DNA of 64,000 bases from Eledone cirrhosa (Eukaryota): the NCBI GenBank assembly GCA_964016885.1, contig OZ024755.1:5890001-5954000 (forward strand). Direction: 5' to 3'. This document shows positions 53,241 to 64,000 of the stretch, one piece after another. The notes under the pieces were generated by a model, which made no database searches, was not told the DNA's origin, and saw nothing but the letters and a program-made list of their open reading frames with translations. How positions within the stretch are numbered: the stretch's first letter is position 1; each line of letters begins with the position of its first letter. Position numbers and translations under genes: made by a program.

Positions 53241-54244
53241 TGTAGAAATATATAACATTTCTGTATTATATTTTAATATTCCTACAGTTTCAACCACTCT
53301 ACTGCCTGATCTAATTGGGTATGGAATCAATAGTGTTGATGACGTAAGGGATATCATACATACACATACACACATGCATACATACATACACATACACACA
53401 CGCATGCATAATACACTCATACATGATGGCTGCCCCCTCGTTATCGAGTATGGCCATTGCACGATATACCATTATTAATAATTATTAATTAATTCTATCG
53501 TGCAATGCGTGTGCGTGAAGATATTATTTAAAGTGAGGAAAGACTGTGAACGGAGCCAATCCCACTCTCTGAGCGACAGTAGCTATAACCCGAAAAGAAG
53601 AAATGATCATCATCATCGGTAACTACTGAGCCGCAGGTTTTATGTCGGAGTTATCCCAGTTTCCTGAGTTGCCTTTTCCTAGAAAAATGCTGTGACAAAG
53701 GCTAGGGGCCCTTCACTCCCAGTGGTTTAACCATGCGGTACAACAAACCCCTGGTACTTCCTGAAACAAGGCCCTTGCCGGTATGTATAGTGAAGATACA
53801 GTTTTGGGTGTATACAGAAGATATCGAACTACAACAGATCTATTCTCTACATAAACAGACCCATTAACTGCTTAATGAACACAACCACAAGGATATGGTC
53901 CTTACGTAGAAGAGCCGAATCCTCACTGTCATGGCATCCATCTCTCTCGCGCTCCCCATCTTTCTGTATGCTGAGCAAATGGGGTCCCACGTGCTGGCCT
54001 CCCCACAAACTTTGATATGTAAGATTGCTGGTGGTGGTGATGGGGGTTTGCTGTGTATTCTATATTTTTTGTGTATGAGCACCCCACCACCCCAAGTTAA
54101 AAAGCCAACCCTGGGTGTTCCAGCATGGCCGTAGCCCACACAGTATTACATGTAAAACGAAAACAAAGTATCACTCACCAATAACTTAAGAAATTTAATT
54201 CTGTTGCCGTATCAGCAATGAACTTAACTATAACTAGAGAGCTT

Positions 54245-55386
54245 CTACTGCTGCTGCTACTACTACTGCTGCTGCTGCTACTACTGCTGTTGTTTCTACT
54301 ACTACTACTACTACTACCATTACCCCCCACACCACCACTACGACCATCACCACCACAACAACAATCCCCACCCCCACCATCACTATCACCGTCACCACCA
54401 CCACCACCATCACAACTACCGGCGCCACCAACACCATCACTACCACAGTCACTACCACCACCATCACTACGACCATCACTACCATCACCACCACCACCAC
54501 CACCACCATCACTACCACAACCGCCACCCCCACCATCACAACTACTGACGCCCCCTCCCATCACTACCTCCACCCCCAACCCCCACCATCACTACCACCA
54601 TCATTACCACCACCATCACCACCACCGCCACCATCACTACCACCACCACCACCATAACCACCACCACTACTACCACCATCACCATAACCACCACCACCAC
54701 CACCACCACCACCACCAGCACCACCATCACTACCAACATCACTACCACCACCCCCAGCACCACCAGCACCACCACCATCACCACCATTACTACTCCTACC
54801 CCTCCCCCCGCCATACTAGCTGCTTGTCATGTTATCGCCACCACCATCACTACCACAACCACCACCCCCATATCACAACTACCGACGCCCCCTCCCATCA
54901 CCCCCAACCCCACCATCACTACCACCATCATTACCACCACCATCACCACCACCGCCACCATCACTACCACCACCATCACCATAACCACCACCACTACTAC
55001 CACCATCACCATAACCACCACCACCACCACTACCACCACTACCACCATTACCACCACCACCACCACCATCACTACCAACATCACTACCCCCCCTAGCAAC
55101 ACCACCATTACTACTCCTACCCCCCCCCCCGCCATACTAGCTGCTTGTCATGTTATCGCCATCGTACGTGGATATGTTCTTTGGACCCCCTCCCCCTCTC
55201 TGTAAGACGTCTTACTACAGTTCCCAGCTGAGATCCCGCCGTCACCACCATCATCGTTTTATATATATCACCACCTCCACCACCACCGTTTTTATGTCAT
55301 CACAATCATCACCAACATCATATTTATACCATCACAATGGTGGTGGTGGTGGTGGTGGTAGTAGTAGTGATGGTACAAAAAATACA

Positions 55387-55418
<32 letters not shown>

Positions 55419-55460
55419 CACTACTACTACTACTACCACCACCACCTCCACTACTACTAT

Positions 55461-55496
<36 letters not shown>

Positions 55497-55560
55497 CACT
55501 ATTACTACTACCACCACCCCTACTACTACTAATACTACTACTACTACCACCACCACCACC

Positions 55561-55601
<41 letters not shown>

Positions 55602-55602
55602 C

Positions 55603-55642
<40 letters not shown>

Positions 55643-55795
55643 TTACCACCACAAATACTACTACTATTACTACTACTACCACCACCACTACCACAACTTG
55701 TGCTATCAGCACTAACACCGACACCACAGCAACATCTACATTCACCAATGCCACCACTACAGTAACCAAAACAAGTAGTAGTAGTAGTAGTAGTA
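54245..55795. repeat. Compound (CAC/CTA/CAT)n tract with an internal duplication of about 300 bp
   Basis: Low complexity; the string ccatactagctgcttgtcatgttatcgcca occurs twice (near 54811 and 55132). Confidence 0.9.
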
Positions 55796-56188
55796 CAACG
55801 ATCTTATCTGGGTGAAAGACTGAAAAGACCTCTCCCCCCACCACCACCACTGTCAAACGAGAAAGGGGGCGGATCATACAAACTGGATGAGAAAGAATTG
55901 GAAATATAGAAAATCGGAATGTTTCGTTCTCTCTCTCTGATGAAGGTAAATATACAATGTATCTATATATAATTGTTTCTACTTTTGGCACAAGGCCAGC
56001 AATTACCCCAGTGTATTACTGGTACTTTATTTTATCGACGCCCGTAAGGATGAAAGGCAAAGTTAACCTCGGCGGGTATATATAATGTATCAAATATATA
56101 ATGTATCTATATCGATCGATCGATCTATCTATCAATATATAACACACGTGTATGTATTTATATGTATGTTTATAAACACAGACACACA

Positions 56189-56227
<39 letters not shown>

Positions 56228-56229
<2 letters not shown>

Positions 56230-56420
56230 CGAAGGAAGTGTGATAAGGAACCAGGTGTAGCATAACGCACCAGAGTACTCGATATTTAGGGTTGTAGAGT
56301 GGGTAATAGGAAAAGAGTCGGGACCCCGACGGTTGAGCTCTGGCCGTTTCGACAGCTAGATCTGAACTAGCTGTCGAAACGGCCGGAGCTCAGCCGTCGG
56401 GGTCCTGACTCTTTTCCTAC
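56228..56420 (-). mobile_element. Fold-back half-hammerhead element, copy C
   Basis: Same family; palindrome at about 56307-56419; follows (TA)n. Confidence 0.75.
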
Positions 56421-56519
56421 ATGTATGTATTTATATGTATGTATATACATATAATATGTGCATGCATACATACATTTATTTTTATAAACACAAACACACA
56501 CGCACATATGATATATATA

Positions 56520-56690
56520 AAACAGAAACAGGCCCCATAAAGTTCAAGAAGTCTTTGAACATATTCCTTTAAGAAATCCCGGATAAACACCCTACACCCG
56601 GATATGCCTCCGTAAACAATAACTCTCTACTTGGGTGGGCCATGGTGCCCAAATCTTGATTTGAAAAACTTCGCCAGGTGGTGCTTTTAA
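56520..56690 (+). mobile_element. LINE ORF2 C-terminal remnant
   Basis: FKKSLNIFL*EIPDKHPTPGY....NSLL motif. Confidence 0.45.
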
Positions 56691-56867
56691 GTTAGATTTG
56701 GTCTGGGAAATTCTGACAGAAACCTACCAAACTTATATATATATATATACTAATTTTTTTACTCGCTAAAAAAAGTATTTTCCTCCCTTTTCTCCCCCCC
56801 CCTTTAAAATGTCTTTCCACCACTCCCCCACATACCCTCGGAACTCTCTTCCTGTCCACTTTTCCCC

Positions 56868-56894
56868 TGATGAAGGGCTTATGCCCGAAACGTC
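56868..56894 (+). ncRNA. Minimal Penelope-type hammerhead core
   Basis: CTGATGAA-GGGC-ttat-GCCC-GAAAC-GTC; stem I is not formed locally. Confidence 0.55.
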
Positions 56895-57166
56895 GTCCCC
56901 CACCCACCCACTCTCAAACGTGAAACTATTAACATTTGAACTGCCTCTTCGCATTTGAACTGCCTCTTTTTTTTCTTTCCTTTTACTGTTTACTGTCTCA
57001 ACTTTAATATATATATATAGGTTGACTTTGCTTTCATCCTTACGGGGTCGATAAAATAAAGTACCAGTAATGCACTGGATAATTGCTGGCCTTGTGCCTA
57101 AAGTAGAAACAAATATATATATATATATATATATATAAAATTGAAAGTCTGAAGAATTATTAGATA

Positions 57167-57197
<31 letters not shown>

Positions 57198-57290
57198 GTG
57201 TGTGTCTGTGTGTATATATATATATGTGTGTGTGTGTGTGTATGTGTGTGTGTATGTGTGTATATATGTGTGTGTATGTGTGTGTATATA

Positions 57291-57329
<39 letters not shown>

Positions 57330-57646
57330 ATATTCATTATATATATGTGTACAACATATGATCATTTATACTATGATATTCATATAAACACAAGCATGTA
57401 TGTATATATGTGCGTGTGTATATATATGTGCGTGTGTATATATATGTGCGTGTGTATATATATGTGTGTGTGTGTGTATATATATGTGTGTGTGTGTGTG
57501 TATATATATGTGTGTGTATGAGTGTGCGCATACTCTCCTCTTTCATGTTTTAACACCTGTTTACAACGTCTAAGATTGTAGACTAATTCTGACCTTTCAA
57601 CTTATATTTCACCTGACTCTTAAATTTCACTTCCTATATTTTTGCG

Positions 57647-58130
57647 TGTTTGTCTGATGGTCTGTCTTGTTTGTCTGATGTTCTGTCACGTTTGTCTGAT
57701 GTTCTGTTATGTCTGATGTTCTGTCTTGTTTGTCTGATGTTCTGTCACGTTTGTCTGATGTTCTGTCATGTTTGTCTGATGTTCTGTCATGTTTGTCTGA
57801 TGTTCTGTCATGTTTGTCTGATGTTCTGTCTTGTTTGTCTGATGTTCTGTCTTGTTTGTCTGATGTTCTGTCTTGTTTGTCTGATGTTCTGTCATGTTTG
57901 TCTGATGTTCTTTCATGTTTGTCTGATGTTCTTTCCTGTTTGTCTGATGTTCTTTCCTGTTTGTCTGATGTTCTTTCATGTTTGTCTGATGTTCTTTCAT
58001 GTTTGTCTGATGTTCTTTCATGTTTGTCTGATGTTCTGTCTTGTTTGTCTGATGTTCTGTCTTGTTTGTCTGATGTTCTGTCTTGTTTGTCTGATGTTCT
58101 GTCTTGTTTGTCTGATGTCCTGTCATGTTT
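57647..58130. repeat. 21-bp minisatellite (gtttgtctgatgttctgtcat)
   Basis: Direct tandem units. Confidence 0.95.
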
Positions 58131-59325
58131 CAGATTTTTCCCAACCCCTCCCCCGCTTATTAAATTTTACTAATCTATCTCCGGCGAAATTTTATTTTAA
58201 TTGGTAGCATTCCTATGACAATTAATTTTCTCTAGACATTTTTTTTTTTTAGGAACGATCGACTTTCGTCAAATCGGACCGAGGAAACAACGTTTCCATT
58301 GGTCTTACCAATTGCTAATACTATCTATCGGTCGCAACTCCAGTTAGAAGAAGCAACGTGAAATAAAGTGTTTTGTTCAAGGACATAACGATTCTCTAAC
58401 CACAGGCCTTCACTTCTCTAGACATAAAAAAACGTTATACATGATAAAAGTACCTTACTAGAAATCGCATATGTTATATTATAAAATAAGATGGGTTGGA
58501 GTCTCAATTTCTTTTCCATTGTTTAAGTAATGCATTGCTTTTCTCATGGAAAAAAACCATTGAATAGATAATTGTAGTTTTGAAGCAACCCCCTTTCTTT
58601 CAGCTGTCTGTTGTTACATCAAAGGAGAGAAGATCCTAATTAGTGTGCTGATTAGTACAGTAGTATTATTTTTCTTTTTACTAGTCACATCAACTCTGGT
58701 TTGTGTGGCCACAGGTCTGCCCTTATTGTGTAGGGAGGTTGGTAACGAATTGGACCTTGCATGGCATAGATGCATGCTCCCACATCTCCCGAAGGACTCG
58801 TAGGGGCGCCATATTGACATACAGCGTTTCTAGAGCATTTCAAAACCTGACGGAACTAATCTCCTCTCCAGGCACCACCACAGGATCGGCACCACCGCCA
58901 CAACAACACCACCACCGACAACCACGGCGACAGCAACAAGGAGGCCTTTCCTTCGTCGCTTCATCCACCACCACCACCACCCTCCTCTTCTTCTTCTTCT
59001 TCTTCACAGCATATTTCATCTAGAGAAGTGAGAAAGACATATAGAGGAAGAATCAACCCCAGTGGTAGACTGGTACTTTTTTTTATCGACCTCGAAAGGA
59101 TTACAGGCAAAGTTGATCTCGACAGGATTTGAATTCAGAGAGTCAAAGAGCTGAAACGAATACCGCAAACATTCTATCTGATTTTCTAACGACTCTGCCA
59201 ATTCGCTGTCTAATTGGGACTTCGAAGCATGTATAACAATTTATTTTGTGTATAACGTTAACAAAGGTTGATCCAGTTTTGATTTCTATTGATGCTACTG
59301 TTGTAGTGAAATCCCACAACACAAC

Positions 59326-59448
59326 ATGACTGATCTAAGAAAAAAGATGGAGGAGGATTCGACCAATGTTGACAATTCAGTAATGGACTCAACCGTCGAT
59401 GGAGCCAGTCCGGTAAAGTTTGAGGTGTTAGAAACAAGTGAAGAGGAG
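59326..59448 (+). CDS. TPCN3: TPC3-like exon with probable ATG
   Basis: Acceptor ttgtag| before 59307, donor GAG|gtaagt. The frame is open upstream of the ATG, so an earlier coding exon is possible. Confidence 0.72.
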
Positions 59449-60817
59449 GTAAGTAACAACTTTTAAAATGTGAGTCGCATAGCCCCTCAGTCACATAGCC
59501 CTTCAGTAACATAGCCCTTCAGTAACATAGCCCTTCAGTAATATAGCCCTTAGTAACATAGCCCTTCAGTCGCATAGCCCCTCAGTCACATAGCCCCTCA
59601 GTCACATAGCCCCTCAGTCACATAGCCCCTTCAGTCACATAGCCCCTTCAGTCACATAGCCCCTTCAGTCACATAGCCCCTTCAGTCAATTAGCCCCTTC
59701 AGTCAATTAGCCCCTTCAGTCACAGAGCCCCTCGTCGCATAGCCCTTCGGTCGTATAGTCCTTCAGTCGCATAGTCCTTCAGTCACATAGTCCTTCAGTC
59801 ACATAGTCCTTCAGTCACATAGTCCTACAATCACATAGTCCTACACAATCACATAGTCCTACAATTACATAGCCCTTCGGTCATATAAATTTCTACGGCC
59901 GTCAATGGTGGGGCCCGGAGAAATCCCCCCCTCCCCCAATTAAATCCAGTTCTGGTTGTGTGTGTTTGAGAAAGTTACAACATTAAAATTATAGGTAAAT
60001 ATGTAACAGATCGATAAGATTGACGATATAGTGATTGATTATTTATTATTCAATAATTTATTGTTCATAAAATGTCCTCTTACTGATTCTATATACAGGA
60101 TTTCCTGGTTGCTTCAACACTGATAAGCGATGCCAAGTACACACGGAACATGAACTTCCGAAGATCGCGTGTAAGGTAACATAGTAGTTTTATTCCTTGC
60201 ATCACTTCTAAAGTCCGATGAATGGCAGAATGGTTAGAACATCATAGAACAGAATGAGTGGCATTTAGATATAATCATTTATGTTATGAGTTGAAATCGT
60301 ACCAGGGGCCCTTTAGCATTTATCTTATATCCTTATATATTTATCATATATTCTTGGAGTAATAATAGTGAAAGAGTGAAGAATAACTTGGTCGGCTGTA
60401 CAAAAGGGGTTTTATTTACAGTATTAACAATTGTTTCATTGATCAGGTGAGTCCCAGTATTCCGATGATTTTATCAGAGATACACACTGTATTTAAGGTC
60501 GAGTGACGTAACTTGGAGTAATCAGCGGCCTTTAGACTCACCTGATCAATGAAACAATTGTTAATACTGTAAATAAAACCCTTTTTGTACAGCCGACCCA
60601 TGCTATTCTTCACTCTTTCACCCCCCCACCCCCATATATATATAACAAAGAAAGTGTGGTAAGAAACCAGGTGGACCATAACGCACCAGGGTACTCGATA
60701 CTTAGGGTAGTAGAGTGGGTAATAGGAAAAGAGTGTCAGGACCCCGACGGCTGAGCTCCGGCCGTTTCGACAGCTAGATCCGAAACGGCCGGAGCTCAGC
60801 CGGCGGGTCCTGACTCT

Positions 60818-60871
<54 letters not shown>

Positions 60872-63445
60872 AATAATTGTTTCTACTTTTGGCACAAGGC
60901 CAGCAATTAACTCCAGTGCATTACTGGTACTTTATTTTATCGACCCCGTAAGGATGAAAGGCAAAGTTAACCTCGGCGTGATTTGAACTCAGAATGGCAA
61001 GGGCCGTAACTCTATGCATTACCACTTAGAGAATTATATACATATATAGAATAACTTTTACTTGTAGAGCCGACTCTGGTAAGAATCTACCAGAGCTAAC
61101 TCTGTAAAAGTTAATCTGTATACATATATGTGGGTGTGTATGCATGTATATATATATATATATATATATAACGAAGAAATGTGGTAAGGAACCAGGTGGA
61201 CCATAACGCACCAAAGTACTCAATACTTAGGGTAGTAGAGTGGGTAATAGGAACGAGTAGGACCCCGACGGCTGAGCTCAAGCCGTTTCGACGGCTAATT
61301 CTGTCGAAACGGCTTGAGCTCAGCCGTCGGGGTCCTACTCGTTCCTATATATATATATATATATATATATAAATTGTGCCATGACAAGGGAGACAAATTC
61401 TATCTTATTCGAGTTAATTCCCTTCCAAATAGGTTTTTAATATATATTTTGTTATCACTTTTAAATCATTTCTGCACGTCAGAGAGGCAGTAAGTTCGAA
61501 GTAAAGAGCGTGACAACCTTTAATTCGTTGGTTTATGCTGTTACATATATACATGTTCGTACTATTACTGCATGTTGGCTACAAACTCTGCTAAGAGTAC
61601 TGCTATTGCTTGTCAGATTCAGATGTGTGACGCTCAGATATGTCTTTTCAAGCCTGCTAGAGACTTGCACACCTTCGCACATTGACGGCAACTATGGATC
61701 CCCCTGGCCTCAAGTCTTGCATCAAGTTGCCTGTGACCTTCACAATACACACACAGACACAGACACAGACACAGACAGAGACAGACAGAGACAGACACAC
61801 ACAGACACACACAGACACAGACAGACACAGACAGACACAGACAGACACAGACAGACACAGACAGACACAGACAGACAGACACAGACAGACAGACACAGAC
61901 AGACATACACAGACAGACAGACACAGACAGACAGACACAGACAGACAGACACAGACAGACAGACACAGACAGACAGACACAGACAGACAGACACAGACAG
62001 ACAGACACAGACAGACAGACACAGACAGACAGACACACAGACAGACACAGACACACACAGACACACACAGACACACACACACAGACAGACACACACAGAC
62101 ACACACAGACACACACAGACACACACAGACACACACAGACACACACAGACACACACAGACACACACAGACACACACAGACACACAGACACACACAGACAC
62201 ACACAGACACACACAGACACACACAGACACACACAGACACACACAGACACACACACAGACACACACAGACACACACAGACACACACAGACACACACAGAC
62301 ACACACAGACACACACAGACACACACAGACACACACACATTATTAAAGAGACGGATGGGATGATTTGTAAGTGTCTGACCTGGCTCTGTACAACCCATAC
62401 CAAACCTGTATTTCAGATCTTACCTGTTTTATTCCCAATGGCATCAACGAGGACTTCTATATCTAGCTTTGGTGTTGAATCTGTCATTGTGTATATTTGA
62501 GAAACCAGCTGTCCCTGGTTGTGAATTACCAGTTTGGGTAAGTTTAAAGTTTATTTCAATTTATTTTTATTACATTGGAAGCAGCATGGCCAAATGTTTT
62601 CAGAAGTTTTCTTTGCAATCATTAGGTCCCGTGTTCAATCACATCATGGGAAATCATGTCATTTATCATAGCCTTGGGTCGATCGAAGCCTTCAGTGTGA
62701 AATTGGAGTGACAGTAATTGTCTGACAGTCCATCAGGTGGACTGTATAAGTATACTAATACTAATTGTTTCTACTATTGGCACAAGGCCAGCAAATTACC
62801 CAGTACATTACTGGTACTTTATTTTATCGACCCCCGTAAGGATGAAAGGCAAAGTTAACCTCGGCGGGATTTGAACTCAGAATGGCAAGGGCTGTAACTC
62901 TATGCGTCAAAGCCTGGCGTCTGACCCTCTACCGATACTGCCCATTCACCGCCCTAATACTAATACTAATGTTTCTACTTTAGACACAAGGCCAACAATT
63001 TGAAGGGGGGGGGGGAGATTAAATCGACCCCAGTGTATTACTGGTACTTTATTTTATCCACCCAGTAAGGATGAAAGGCAAAGCTAACCTTGGCAGGATT
63101 TGAACTTAGGGGTTAGCTTTTAGCTTTGCTTTTCATCCTTACGGGCTCGATAAATAAAGCACCAGTAATGTACTGAGGTTGATTTAATTGACTTTCCCCA
63201 CCCCTTCAAAATGCTGGTGGCCTTGTACTTAAAGTAGAAATAATTATTATCAGTACTAATAATAATAAGAAATTTTTTTTTTAAATCTTCTAATCTAGTA
63301 TTTTTGTCTCTTGCAGGCCACATGTCTACTAGAATTGTTTTGTCTCATTATATTCCTCATCCGAATCATTCATACAGCTTACTTTGATGAAATAGAGAAA
63401 TTCTGGAAAGATACTAAATACTTGCTGCTCATAATAATAATGGTG
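59326..63445 (+). CDS. TPCN3: Two-pore channel, TPC3-like, first four coding exons; gene continues beyond the window
   Basis: Spliced product MTDLRKK...SEEE|[26 protein letters not shown]|SYLFYSQW...[21 protein letters not shown]|[19 protein letters not shown]...FWKDTKY. The DAKY.RN, FE.PAV and FWKDTK motifs fit the TPC3 N-terminus through S1-S3. Phases 0, 2, 0, 0 are consistent. The paralogue call is less sure than the family call. Confidence 0.82.
59477..59884. repeat. 16-17-bp minisatellite (catagcccttcagtca)
   Basis: Direct tandem units starting about 30 bp after a TPC donor. Confidence 0.9.
60099..60175 (+). CDS. TPCN3: TPC3-like exon
   Basis: atacag|[17 protein letters not shown]...AG|gtaaca. 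Confidence 0.85.
60455..60569 (+). ncRNA. Hammerhead-like motif with a U4C core change, inside an inverted repeat
   Basis: Stem I CAGTATT/AATACTG, core CCGATGA, stem II ATCAG/CTGAT, then GAAACAATTGTT. Confidence 0.55.
60643..60822 (-). mobile_element. Fold-back half-hammerhead element, copy D
   Basis: Same family; flanked by (TA)n. Confidence 0.75.
61170..61348 (-). mobile_element. Fold-back half-hammerhead element, copy E
   Basis: Perfect 46-bp arms spanning 61247-61348; flanked by (TA)n. Confidence 0.75.
61615..61745 (-). mobile_element. RTE-like LINE C-terminal C2H2 fragment
   Basis: [17 protein letters not shown]. Confidence 0.55.
61747..62339. repeat. Compound (CA/CAGA)n microsatellite
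   Basis: Low-complexity sequence. Confidence 0.95.
62417..62537 (+). CDS. TPCN3: TPC3-like exon (S1)
   Basis: tttcag|...[14 protein letters not shown]...W|gtaagt. Confidence 0.88.
62764..62953 (-). mobile_element. tRNA-derived SINE, most abundant family (representative copy)
   Basis: A box TGGCAGTATCGG-like, B box GAGTTCAAATCC, core gcctttcatccttacggggtcgataaaataaagtaccag. Other copies lie near 1850, 4055, 13565, 18615, 31270, 35670, 37210-38130 (tandem cluster), 41215-41530, 45130-45450, 48135, 52415, 55975, 57020 and 60875. Confidence 0.85.
63317..63445 (+). CDS. TPCN3: TPC3-like exon (S2-S3)
   Basis: ttgcag|[10 protein letters not shown]...FWKDTK...|gtaagt. Confidence 0.88.
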
Positions 63446-64000
63446 GTAAGTGTGATATTCTGTAATTGATATCAGAACTATAACAAGATTAACCCTCTAC
63501 CATTTACATTACTCTATATTTAATATTGTATTTTCATGGTAAACTCTTTATTTCACATAATTATTTCACAGTATATTGAATCTACGAGACTTTGATATTA
63601 TTTATTTTGATAACAATACCTTAACATAAGTATGAGCAGCCGGTTATGGCCGGTTTGAGCAACCAGTTATGGCCGGTGAGAGAATTCTGGCCGTATATGG
63701 TGGCCGGTTTAAATGCTAAAGGGTTAAAGATGGTATAACTAAATCTGTAGTGAAATATTTTTGAGGTTTGTAATCCAATAAAATATATACCATTCTTTCC
63801 GTTTGGATTCCTTCTCTGGGATTTGAACTCCTTCCTCGGTAGCCAAGAACTCCCCGTTAGAGATTCACTGAACTAGAGGCAGTTTTGCTTATAAATAACT
63901 GCCTTAAATGTTTTCATTACCAAATATACACTCTTTTACTCTTTTACTCTTTTACCTGTTTCAGCCATCCGGCTGAGGCCATGCTGGGGCACCGTTTTTC

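Noticed and set aside
55930-55950. CTGATGAAGG as another hammerhead
   Set aside because: No downstream stem II or GAAA is present. The CTGATGA at about 256 is simply antisense to a VPS13B exon.
54175-55991. Long Pro/His/Thr/Val-rich ORFs (also at 48419-49097)
   Set aside because: They are translations of trinucleotide tracts, open in several frames on both strands, with no exon structure.
57650-58207. Repetitive ORFs (CLMFCLV, EHQTNKT)
   Set aside because: Artefact of a stop-free 21-bp minisatellite.
61510-62500. ORFs of 200-280 aa
   Set aside because: These come from a CA/CAGA microsatellite inside a TPC intron.

Overview
AT-rich, repeat-dense animal genomic DNA. The SINE, LINE and microsatellite content looks like a coleoid cephalopod (octopus-type); that assignment is my inference. 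Three spliced genes can be assembled by hand with phase-consistent splice sites. (1) The 5' part of VPS13B on the minus strand: 28 coding exons from 23890 down to 255, about 2,405 codons, continuing past the left edge, with one GC-AG intron and one atypical acceptor. (2) A complete 123-aa TMEM243 on the minus strand: 4 coding exons, 42839 to 36317, only fragmentarily captured by the ORF track. (3) The first four coding exons of a TPC3-like two-pore channel on the plus strand, 59326 to 63445, continuing past the right edge. The rest is tRNA-derived SINEs, LINE 3' fragments, MITEs, minisatellites and microsatellites. The most unusual signal is a dense set of hammerhead-ribozyme-like motifs in small elements, mostly beside (TA)n tracts. 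One motif looks intact and several are decayed. A five-copy family keeps only the 3' half of a hammerhead (GAAAC, stem III, GUC), duplicated as a fold-back palindrome centred on stem II. This suggests Penelope-like or retrozyme elements that insert by snap-back synthesis. All homology calls come from recalled family motifs, not database searches.
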